64,000 bases of DNA from the human T2T-CHM13v2.0 reference genome, Homo sapiens, in the NCBI RefSeq assembly GCF_009914755.1, contig NC_060933.1, one strand, 5' to 3'. This document shows, piece by piece, positions 1-15,600 of the stretch. Within the stretch, counting starts at the first letter, position 1, and the number at the start of each line of letters is the position of its first letter. The notes under the pieces are model-generated. The model was not told the origin of the DNA. It made no database searches and saw only the letters and a program-made list of their open reading frames with translations. Position numbers and translations under genes: made by a program.

Positions 1-83
1 CTCCTGACCTCGTGATCTGCCTGCCTTGGCCTCCCAAAGTGCTGGGATTACAGGTGTGAGCCACTGCGCCACTGCGCCCAGCC
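1..83 (-). mobile_element. Alu 5' end, truncated by the window edge
   Basis: ctcctgacctcgtgatc...ctcccaaagtgctgggattacagg, antisense Alu left arm. Confidence 0.9.
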
Positions 84-271
84 AAAACACTTGTAATTCA
101 TCCTGAGTGACTTTGTAAGGGAGATTTGTAGCCAAAAGTATTCTCACATCTTGCTCTTTCTTACTGTCTTTTCCTTTTGGTTTCTCTAGTTTAATTTCAT
201 TGCCAAAGTCTTTCAAACCAGCGAGTTCCAAGGCTCTTTCCAGGTCTTCAGCAGCTTGAAAATCCACATAG

Positions 272-640
<369 letters not shown>

Positions 641-713
641 CATGGATATACTAGTTTTTAACTCAGGAGCAGACTTGTTAAAGTTCAGGTTTCCAACAAA
701 GATTGAAAGACGT

Positions 714-1407
<694 letters not shown>

Positions 1408-2277
1408 CTATGGCTCCCTTCTTGGCAGGTGTGGCGACTGCTTTGCCTGGAGTGACAGTTGCTTTCTTGGTGGGTGTGGCACCTGCAGCCTTTTTTGTTC
1501 GGGAAACTGTCACCTTCTTGGCTGGGGTTGCAGCAGCCTTCTTGCCTTTCTCCTGAGGTGTGACAGTCTCTTCTCCACAGCTGTCATCTTCTTCATCTTC
1601 TGACATTTCCTCATCTTCACTTCCTCCTTCTGCCTCCTTTGGGGGAGCAGCCATTTTCTTGGGGTCACCTTGGTTTTTACCTGCCTTGACACCAAGTAGT
1701 CTGAAGCTGCTGAGGATGGGAAATCTTTGCAGGGTGCAGAGTGGGAGAGGAGCAAGGTGTGGCTGACACCAGCTGCAGCACAGGCTGTCAGGGTGGGGAG
1801 GTGGCTGGGCCCTTGTAATGGGCCCAGGAGATGCTGCTGGCACTGTGAGAGGGCCTGGTTAGGAGTTAAACCTTCATGCATCTGAGATAAATCATAAGCT
1901 CTTCTTGGTATGAAAATGTAAGAAAATTATTCCATATTTTGCAGGAAAGCTGCAGGAATGTGAAGGAGTTAAATTGAATCAGGGTAAGAAAGGCTCAGGG
2001 CCTCAAATAGAGCTCTGTGTTTTCTGCATTGTATCTTCTAAAACAAGCTTAGAACAGAGGTCGTGTTCACATCCCGTTTAGTAAAAGAGCAGGTTTACCA
2101 TGAGGTTAAGTACAGGTAAGTACAGGGCTTCTTAGCGTTTCTTGGATGAATCCTAAAGGTTTTCCAGGAGAATCACTTAGCTTATTGCAGCCAACATTTA
2201 AGATTCTGAAGTTAAGCAGAAAAAAAGAAAACCCAAGATCAAGGGACCAGCAGGAGAAAAAAAAGATTCTGAAATTG

Positions 2278-2905
<628 letters not shown>

Positions 2906-3049
2906 TTAAAATAATTAAATCAGATTATTTTACTTGCCTTATTTCTGATGTTACAGGATTTCTTGTAATTAGCTTTTTTAAAAAAGAGTTTGTGGCCATA
3001 TAGTAGGTGTGTATATGGGTAATTAGCTTTTAAAAGGAGTAAATTTCAT

Positions 3050-3960
3050 TTCAAGGGAGAGAAAATAAGACTCTTCATTCTCAAAATGTGAAGATAATAG
3101 AAAACAAATGTATGTTAAAATTGATAAAGATGTAAAAGGAAGCAATCTTAAGACTAGTCAAGACTGTATGCCCATGATATGTGCAATTATTATGTCAATT
3201 ATAAATACAAAAAACCATGAGCAGACAGTTTATGTTTGAAAAAGAAACAGAATGAAAACCTCTAGAAATGAAAAACATAGTCATTAACGTTAAATCAGTC
3301 AGCAGCAGGAGAAGCAGCACGAGAAGCAGCACTAACTCAGCTGAAGAGAGGAGCAGTGTTGGGAAGAGATGTGCGGCCCAGGGAGGAGGCGATGCCAGCC
3401 CATGTCCAGTACAAGTTCCAGAAGGAGAAGAGAGCAAGAAAGGAGAAAGGGAAGACTGAGGACTTTCCGGAGTTCATGAAATACAGGAAACTCCAAGAAG
3501 TCCAGAGTTTAAAAACATCCACAGCTAGATACATCATTGGAAATTTTCAAAACATTAAAAAGTAAACATCTTAGATGCAACCAGAACAAAAAGACTTCCC
3601 TGAGAGGAGCATGCAGTGGACTGGTGACCAGCTCGCAGCAAACCTGTGGCTGAGGGGAGGCCGACGTGGGCTGAGGGGAGGCCGACGTGGGCTGTGGGGA
3701 GGCCGACGTGGGCTGAGGGGAGGCCGACGTGGGCTGTGGGGAGGCCGACGTGGGCTGAGGGGAGGCCGACGTGGGCTGAGGGGAGGCCGACGTGGGCTGA
3801 GGTCTCTGTCTGATGAGCACTTGAGAGCCGTGTGACTGGCTCCACTTCTGCCGAAGCTTGAGGCTCACTGTGCAAAGGCTCTTTTAGAAATAAATACTGA
3901 AGGTTATTCTTCAGAGAGGTGGAGTTGAGCTCGAAACACAGGAGTGGATTTCAAAAAGCA
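3050..3960 (+). mobile_element. Ancient L1M ORF1 remnant, hosting a VNTR
   Basis: A-rich sequence including aaacatccacagctagatacatcattggaaattttcaaaac, which resembles the L1 ORF1 consensus (acacctagacacatcatagt...). Subfamily not determinable by eye. Confidence 0.6.
3646..3801. repeat. Minisatellite, 21-bp unit gtgggctg(a/t)ggggaggccgac, about 7.5 copies
   Basis: Directly visible tandem units. Explains the SASPQPT and LRGGRRG repeat ORFs. Confidence 0.97.
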
Positions 3961-3965
3961 AAGGG

Positions 3966-4930
<965 letters not shown>

Positions 4931-5210
4931 AAAAGGAATAAGCGTTGGTTATGTTAATCAGTGGTGATCATGATTTATATAGGGTATATAAAAGAAGAAA
5001 CTACCAGAAGTAACACAGCCCAGGGTGAAGCTGGACAGTCAAGGCGTTCAGATCTCTATATTATTATTAAGAAGAAGTGTTAACTTCAGACTTCACTGCA
5101 GCAGATGTGAGTGTTGAAAACTTAAGGGTTCCCAAAGTGTAGAAACAGGTTGCAAATCTTCCAAATAAATACCAGGTAGAAAGAATACTTTCTGAAAACC
5201 ACCTTGTCCA

Positions 5211-5875
<665 letters not shown>

Positions 5876-5955
5876 TGAAGGGTTACCGCAGGCTCAGAGA
5901 AAGTCTCTGGACCTGAAGGCTCAAGGAACATTGATTAAAGTGGACCATCCTCACT

Positions 5956-6864
<909 letters not shown>

Positions 6865-7029
6865 TAAAATCAAAGGAAGGTTTAGAAAATAAAGGGAAAA
6901 TCTCACAGCAAAATGACAGCTGGTAAATGATATGAAAAAAATAAACAGAGGCTGAGTGTGGGTGTTGCAGTATCCGAATAATATATATTACGAAAAGAGA
7001 AAAATATCAATGGAAATTCAAGGAAAAGT

Positions 7030-7220
7030 GCGGCCAAGACGTCCTTCAGTAGATGAATGGATCAACTCCGTGCATCCAGATGGTGGAACATTATTTAGTC
7101 CTGAAAAGATGTTCTCAAGCCGTGGAGAGGCCTGCATGAGCCTTAAGTGCGTATCGCTGAGTGAGAGAAATTATTCTGTGTGACCCCAACTCTCCGACGT
7201 TCTGCAGAAGCCAAACTGGC
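7030..7220 (+). mobile_element. L1M 3'-region remnant
   Basis: aagacgtccttcagtagatgaatggat...ggaacattatttag...ctgagtgagagaa resembles the old L1M 3' consensus. Confidence 0.65.
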
Positions 7221-7379
7221 CAGATGCCTGGAATGAGCTCCCCGCGTTCATGAGGGCTGGTTTCCGGCAGTGGCATTGGGAGGCTTTGTTAACATTGGTT
7301 CTTGTGCTTGTCTGCCTTGTTTAAGTTCCTTACAAAGAGCATGTGCCATTTTTACAAAATGAAGGAAGTGGGTTCTGTC

Positions 7380-8330
7380 CCGTAGGGTTGAGGAGCCGAG
7401 ATGCGGGGACCAAGGGACGTCAGCGCGTTGGTTCTGGCCGCGGGAAAACGGGCGGTCGCTGTGACCGTCTCTGCGCTCTCCGCGTTGCTAACGCCCCACT
7501 CCCGGGAAAGACCCGGAGACGGGACCACCGCATGTGGAAACCACCGGGAAGCACAGCGCGTGGGCCGCCTGAGCGGTGCCGGGGCGGGGAGGCAGGGCCG
7601 CCGCTCAGGCCGTGGACCTCGGGGCCGCGGGACGGACGTGGATGGCGCCGCCGTTCTCTCGCGGGCCCAGCGAGGCTATGCGTGCGCGGCCCGGGCAGTC
7701 TCTGCGAGCCCGGGCTGCTGCTCATCTGGGGGGGACGGCGGCCGCCCGACTGAGCCCAGAGCTGTGGGCCGCGCCCGGGTTCCTGCCTCGGGCCGGAGGA
7801 GGGAGGGCGCCGCGGCCCGTCTCGGGCCTCCCGCCGCGCTGGGGCCTGGCTCCCTCCTGGCTGCGCTGAGCGCCTGCGGCTCCGCTTGGGGCTGCTGCGC
7901 TCTCCACAGGCCGGGCCGCCGGGCTGGAGGGCGCTGCAGGCGGCCTCTGTTCTCCAAGTTCTCCGCGGGAGAGGGAGGGGAACGAGGGCCCAGCCTTCCG
8001 CGGGGTGGGCTCGGCCGGGAGAAGCGCGGAGCCTCCTGGCTGCCCCCAGCCGGTGCGGCCGCCACCGTGGCCGTGAGGGCGCCTGGGTCCCCTCTGGAGG
8101 TTTTGCCGCAGCGCTGGCCGGCGCCGAGATATGACCAGAGGCGTTGAAAGTTGGCGCGTTGAGGTACCTAGGATGGGCGAGGAAATGAACAAGCTTCAGG
8201 GGAGAAGAAATGACTGTGGGAACAGGTGCCTTGAGGTAGAGGGAGGGGACTGGGCCAGGAGAGAGGAGCCGGGTGGGGCACAGGGACAGCCCAGGGTCCC
8301 TCAGAGCTTCGAGGCCGGGCGCCCTCTGCG
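7380..8330. promoter_or_regulatory. Intragenic CpG island in RABL6 intron 1
   Basis: Abrupt switch to very GC- and CpG-dense non-repeat sequence with GC boxes (ggggcgggg ~7581). Confidence 0.8.
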
Positions 8331-8976
8331 TTGGGAGCTTGGGGTCCCCCTGACAGAAAACCTGGGGGGGGCGTTGCGGGAGTGAGAGGAGGCTGCAGAC
8401 CTGACACAGATGGGGGAGCGGGCGGGAGGCCCGAGACCTGGGGAAGTGGGAGGAGCCTGCAGACCTGCTCCTTGGTTGCCTCTGCTCCCCACCAACCCGG
8501 CTCCCTTCCCTGGCTTCCCTGGCTCTCCCCTCCTGGAAACGTGGAGGACGGCCAGGGCTTCTCTCTCCCCCGTGCCTGTGGTGGGTTCACCAAGGCCTGT
8601 GTGAGAAGCTCTCGGGGTCTGCCCAGGTCCGAGGGCAGCTGTCTCAGTGCTGGCTGCTGCGTCCGCACAGCTTCTCGGTCATTCTCGATCCTGTTCTTCC
8701 AGCACCTCCGCAGGCTGGGTGTTCTTAGTCCAGTCGGGTGCCAGGTCCATCCCCATCTCCACCCGTTCTGAGCCACCTCCCGCCTTTGCTAAGTCCGTGC
8801 TCCCCTCCCAGCTGCCCTCCCTCCCCCATCACATTTTCAAAACAAGCTGGGCAGTGGCCTCTCCAACCCAGCCCCGGAGCAAGCAGGCCCAGGCCCGGGG
8901 CTACCCGGCACACACGCGTTGTGCGTGAGCTGGGATGCAGGCCCCGCGTTCTGCAGAATTGTGCACTGAAGACGCC

Positions 8977-9340
<364 letters not shown>

Positions 9341-9692
9341 TCAGGTGGTGGGCCCTGACCCTGAGGGTCACCAGGGGTCCCAGGGGTGGGCTCTAGGGCA
9401 GAACCACGTCCTCCAAGTAGAAAGCCTGACCTGGCTCCAAGTAGAAAGCTGCCCCCTGGGCCCCGTTCGCCGTTGATGCTCTGTGTGCCGCCAGGTGTCC
9501 TCCTGATGGGAGAGGTTGCCATGGTACCCACCCATCGTCTTCCTCCCCTGCCTGCCGGTCACCTGGTCTGATTCTAGCAAGAAAGATGAAACAGGTGGCA
9601 GCAGAACCGGCTCTCCTTGTAGTTGCTCTTAAAGCTGCAGCTTGGGTTCGGTTCGTTTAATTTGCCTTTTCTTTTTCTCTTCCCGTCCCCAG

Positions 9693-12600
9693 TGAAGATA
9701 GTGATCCGGGGAGACAGGAACACGGGCAAGACAGCGCTGTGGCACCGCCTGCAGGGCCGGCCGTTCGTGGAGGAGTACATCCCCACACAGGAGATCCAGG
9801 TCACCAGCATCCACTGGAGCTACAAGAGTAAGTGTGGTGGGTGCCCCAGTGGGTTCGGGCTCCAGGCTTCTCCTCCCTCAGCCCTGGTTCCTGGGAGATG
9901 CATTCCCCAGAGGGGGTCTCCCCGAAGAGTTCTTGTCTGTGAGGGACCCTGCTGACGTGGGGGCCCTGGCGTGAACTCTGGGGCTCTTTTGGGGTGGATC
10001 ACCCTGCTGCCTGAGTGAGCTTCATGAAGCCCCACTGACCTGGGAGGCTCAGCTTGGGGCAGCGTTGGCCGCAGGTGAGTGGGCACGCGGGCGCCTCGGG
10101 GGCTGAAAAGAGGTACATTCCGAGGAGCATTCCCTTGCCTGCACCCTCTTGGTGCACATGGTATTTTTTCTTGGGCCCCAGCCCGACATCTTCTCCACCA
10201 CCAGAAACAGTAATAAGACCTTTGTTTGAGCCTTGCCCTTGTGGAAAGTTCGTGTCACTAAAAGGTTCAGTGAGGTGGGCTTGATGGTGGGATAGACCCC
10301 TCCCCCAGGTCTCAATTGGGTGTGGGTGGGCTGGGCCTGGGTAGATGCGGGAAGGTGGGGGAGGTGACAGCTGTGGCGAGGCTCCTGCTGTGGGAGGCAG
10401 AGCAGCTGCCCTGTGTGTTCAGAATCGTGACAGCAAAAAGCCTTGGGGCTGGTTTTTTTGTTTGTTTGTTCGTTTGTTTTTTGGTTTGGTTGGGTTTTTT
10501 TTTTTTTTTTTTTTTTGAGACAGAGTCTCACTGTCGCCCAGACTGGAATGCAGTGGTGAGATCTCGGCTCACTGGAACCTCCGCCTCCCGGGTTCAAGCA
10601 ATTCTCTGCCTCAGCCTCCTGAGTAGCTGGGATTACAGGCGCCCGCCACCACACCCAGCTAATTATTTGTATTTTTAGTAGAGACGGGGTTTCACCATCT
10701 TGGCCAGGCTGGCCTTGAACTCCTGACCACGTGATTCACCCACGTTGGGCTCCCAAAGTGCTGGGATTATAGGCGTGAGCCACCACTCCCACCCAGGGCT
10801 GTTTTAAACACCTTTCCTTTTCACTGCAAAAAAAAAAAAACTAGTGGGTTACTAGTGGGAGGCAAAGATGAGTTTGAGCTGCCACGTGGTGACAGCTGAC
10901 ACTTGGACTGCTGTGCAGTAACAGCCGTGGAGTTGCTGGGCATCTGCTGCTCTCTAGGGCCTGGGAGGGTGGTGCTGGGCTGACAGGACACAGAGCCCAC
11001 AGGGCCGGCGCACAGAAGCTCTACCTGCCACCGCACCCTCTTCCTGGTTTGGGGTGAGGCTGATGGCAGCGTTCATGCCCCTCTGCTCAGGCGACGTGGA
11101 TGTGATTGGTGTGGGGGCAGATGCCTGGCTGTGTGAGGGCCCCGGGCGTGCCTCTCCCCTCTGGTTCTCCCTTCCCCTTGGAATCCTTGGGTGGGCGGGA
11201 GGCTCCATCCATCAGCTCCCCCAGTCCCCAGCACGCCCCACAACAGAGCACAGTCATGGGAGCTCAGGAGGAGTGGTTGGCACCAGCAGGCCCAGCTGCG
11301 ATGGTGCGGTGTGAGGCAGGCCTGGGGCCTCTCAGGTGGCTCCGAAGGGAGGGTCCGGCCTCCGCCCTCAGTGATTACTTAGATCCTGCTCCCTCAAAGT
11401 GAACTAGAGGCCAGTCACTGGATGAAGAAACAGGGTCAGAAGGTGACACAGGCGGGCCCATTCATTCGCACCTGTCAGCAGAAGCGTACTCCATGGGCAA
11501 AAACACAGACATCGACCCAGCCAGGAGGGTCCCCTTCCAGTATGCTGAGGCCAGGAGGGGCCGTGCCCAGGATCGGGGCCCGGGAGGGAGGGGCCGTGCC
11601 CAGGATCGGGGCCGGGGAGGGAGGGGCCGTGCCCAGGATCGGGGCCGGGGAGGGAGGGGCCGTGCCCAGGATCGGGGCCCTGGAGGGAGGGGCCGTGCCC
11701 AGGATCGGGGCCCGGGAGGGAGGGGCCGTGCCCAGGATTGGGGCTGCGGAGGGAGATACCGTGCATTCAGTTTGTCACTGAAGCTGTGTCTGAGCGAAGG
11801 CCTGAAGGAGCCGCCATGTGGTCGTCTGGGGAGGACACATCCCCTGCTTCTGGACACTCGGAAGTCCTGGTGGGAGCCGGTGGCTGCGGGGCACAGACAA
11901 CCACACCAGCTGGACCGCTTTGTGCCACCTTGGGAACTTCATGTTGGGCACTAATTTTAGGATTCTCCCTGTTTCAGCCACGGATGACATCGTGAAGGTT
12001 GAAGTCTGGGATGTAGTAGACAAAGGTGAGGCGTCTCTGTTCTGTGTCTGCTTCTCTCTGGGACTGTGTGCTCTGCGCAGAGAGGCTTCCTTTCTTTCCC
12101 CCGGCGCCCATGCATCACCCACCATCCTCGTGGACGGTGCCCAGGGTCTTGCTGCTCTGCTCCCCTCCACATCCAGTGGCGACCCCGCAGCGTGGCGCAG
12201 CCCCTCCTGTGGCACTGCATGCTTTGCTGCTTTAGCATACTCCCCGTCTCTGAGTGACCGCGTGCACGGTGGCGGCAGGTGCAGCCGGGGGGTGTGCTTT
12301 GAGCCCCAAGGCCCAGGGTGCTATTTTGGGAGCCCTCCTCCTGCACTGCCTGGCGGAGTAGCCCAGCACCAGGCGGCCCCCTGCCCATAGCTGAGGACCC
12401 AGCTCCTGCGCTCCTGTCCCTGCCAGGGATCCCCAGCCACACAGACCTGCACTCTGGGGACCGTGGGAGGGCAGCACCAGCCCCCGGGGTGTCCTCGACA
12501 TCGTTGGTCTCCTCCTCAGCCACAAGGTCATGAGTTCCTCTAAGTCCTCAGGGTGGAGCTCATGGCCCTCCCCGGGGCCCATGGTCCGTGTGCATGTGTG

Positions 12601-15600
12601 GTGTGTGCAGGGCTGGCCACGTGCACGCCCCGGCCTCACAGGCCTGGCTGTGGCCTCGTTACGAGGCTCTGCTGGAAAGGCGGCCGCCGCCTCTGTGTGA
12701 TGGTGTCTGTTCGGATGGCGCATGCTCCCCTCCCTCCACCTGTGCTTTGTTGGGGTGGGTTTGGCCATGGGGGGTTAGAGGCAGGTGCTCATGCAGTTCC
12801 CGCAGGGGTGCTGGGCCCCTGCGGCTCCCACCACATTGCGCTGGACTCTTGTGGCCCGTGCTGACCTGGTGTTCCAGATGCTGTCTCTGCAGAGCTCTGC
12901 GTGGTCTCTGGTGTTAGAGAGGTGGCCACCCACCGCCCTATCATTGTCCTCATCCCCACTGTGAGGAGAAGCTATCAGATCTGCCTGTGGCCCCCAGGTG
13001 GCTCAGGAAGGGCCGTCCTGACCCCCATCCTGGCCCCTTTCGGAGCTGCAGAGATTTCCTGTGCCTCCAGCTCTGGCTTCCTGGGTCTGTCCTTGGCGTG
13101 GAGCGGGCACAGGCTTCCCGTAGACACGGTTGCCCAGAGTGGGGTTCATAACTGGGCACTGTAAAGGGTGTGGTCTCCACGGCTTAGGATGGGCCCCCCC
13201 TTCCTGGTGGCCTGCTGTGCCCGGGGCTGGTGTGGAGGCCTGTGGGTGCAGAGGCCGCCCGGCCCTGGGCTTCCTCTGGGGTTACATGTGTACCCTTGCA
13301 CCCACCTGTTAGCACCCACCGGGAGAGTCTCACTCAGCCTAAACCAGGGCCCCTCAGGAGGAAAAGGTCCCCAGCTTCATGATGGGGCCCAGTGTGCCTT
13401 CCATCCCCGCCCTGACTCAGTGCCCACTGTGCGAGGTGTGAGCACTGTCCACAGCAGCCAGGGCGGCCGGTGGGGAGTGCATTGGAGGGGGTTGAGGTCT
13501 CTTGGGCACCTGGTGAGTTCTCAAGGGTGAGAGGAAGCCGAGGCCATCAGGCTTAGCTGACGCTGCATGGGGCAGGCTGCCAAGAGGGAGGCTGAATGGA
13601 GCAGCCTCAGGTGAGCCGACAATCCTCACCTCCGCCTGGTCAGCCAGGACCCGGCTCCCCTCCAGTCCCGCCTGCTTTCCCCAAAGCAGATCCAGCCAGT
13701 CTCAATGGCTCGCCCGGGGGGTGCTGGTTAGGCTGTGAGCATCCTTCCTGGGTGCAGGCCCCCGACAGCCAGCAGTGCTGTGCTGTGTGTGTGTTGGGGA
13801 CTCTGCTGAGCCCTTTGTGGCCAGACTGGGGAGGCTCCTCCGGGCTGGCTCTGTCCCCTGTACCTTGTGAGGGAGGGGCTGACCCCCTGACTGGGTTACA
13901 TCGTGGTGAGCAGTTCAGAAACAAGCTGTGGAATGAAGTGGACGTGGCGTTTTAAACACATGAGCCCCATCTGTTCTTAGGGGTTTTGTTTGTTGTCCCA
14001 GTCCGTGACTCCAAGACTGGGACCCCCAGAGTTCCCAGGATGGTCTGGAGCCTTTATCCTCAGGTCAGCATTGTGGAGTTAAAGGGAGGGGACCACGGCC
14101 CCTCATTCTCAGGAGAGCCATGGTGACCTTGATGGCGGAGGCTCAGGGGGACCTGGACCGTGGACACCACACAGCTGCCCTCCTCCCTCCCGAGGCCATT
14201 TCAGGGCTGGAATCCCTGCCCCCCTCTCCTTTCCTCCCGGGCTGGTTGTTGCCTTGAGAGTCCGTGCGCTCATCTCCCCACTTTTACCCCAGGGGGAGGC
14301 CCCTCACCTTCCCACCATATCCCTTGTACTTCCTCCCACCCTGGACTTGGGGGAGCTGGGGGGAGGGGGCCCTTCCTTCAGCAGCAAACCCTCCTGGTGT
14401 AGGGCTGTAGGCCATCCCACCGCAGCCTGTCCAGGAGCTGCTGAGCCTGTCAGCCCCAACTAGCACCTCCTGTCCAGGCCCGGCCCAGCCCTGCCTCCAG
14501 AGCCTACAGAGGGGCCTCGCCCAGGTCCTGCTGCTCCAGAGCTTGTGGGTGCCCACGCTGCAGGCTGTTTGGGGTGGTGGAGTAGAGCACCCGCTGGAGC
14601 TGGGGGCTGAGTGGCCATGGGGGGACCATGCTCCTCCTATGGCCCAAGGCCCAGGGGTTCCACCTCGTAATTTTTGTTTGTTTTTAAATAAGGAAAATGC
14701 AAAAAGCGAGGCGACGGCTTAAAGATGGAGAACGACCCCCAGGAGGTGAGTGCCAGGTACACAGTGGGTAGCAGTGGCTCAGGGCCCCGGGGTGCGTGAG
14801 CCGGTGCCCAGCGCTTCACACGCTTTTGACCCCAACCACCCCAGTTATGCTGTGGCCACGGGGGCCGCTGGCCTTCCCAACTGCTCTGAAAACCCCACAC
14901 TGCCATGGCTGTATCTGGGGGTGGCCGGCTCACCTGCACTCGACAGACATCACGTTGGACTGACCCCTATTTGCATTTGAGTGACCTGAGAGGTATTTAA
15001 GTGAACTCGCCAAACTTTTATCCCAGTCTCGGTGGGCTCGGCCCTTCAAAGCACAGGACACATCTCGCAGCGCCATGGGCGTGAGTTTCGCTCACCGGAG
15101 CCACCTGGGGCCAACCCAACCTGAGCCCGACACACCCAGGGCCTCGCACTCTCCGTGCGGTGCCTCCCACTCCCTTTAGAGCATGGGGTGGAGTGACTCT
15201 GCCCACAGCACTGCAGCTAACCCTGTTTGTGGGCACTGGAACCTTCCGGAACGCACATCTAGCTGAGGGCAGCTGGTAGTCCAGCACCCACTTCTATTTT
15301 CGAGTGGTGGTTTGGTTATCCGTGAGGCCTGGGGCGGACACTGCTGTGATCAGTGGGAGGTCCTGGGTAGGAGGCTTGTTCAGGGAGCCATCAGCGAGGC
15401 TGGTGTTGACCGTCAGACCCTTTGGGGCAAACCTATGTTTAGCTATCCCATCTCTTCAGCATATCGTTTCCAAATGGAAATGGCTGTTATCTTTTCAGAT
15501 TAGAAGACTATCCAGCCTTTTCTAAAACTGTGGGCCACACGGGTGGGGCCCAGCCTGGGCCAGTCTCACACCTGTTCCCTCCTGTCCCCAGGCGGAGTCT

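Noticed and set aside
3509-3875. SASPQPT heptad ORF resembling a Pol II CTD or mucin repeat
   Set aside because: Artefact of the 21-bp VNTR; no promoter or splice support.
7343-8776. ORFs of 130-248 aa in the intronic CpG island
   Set aside because: Stop-poor GC sequence open on both strands with no homology signal.
10071-10080. Perfect donor CAG|GTGAGT in RABL6 intron 2
   Set aside because: No convincing nearby acceptor; isolated consensus donors are common.
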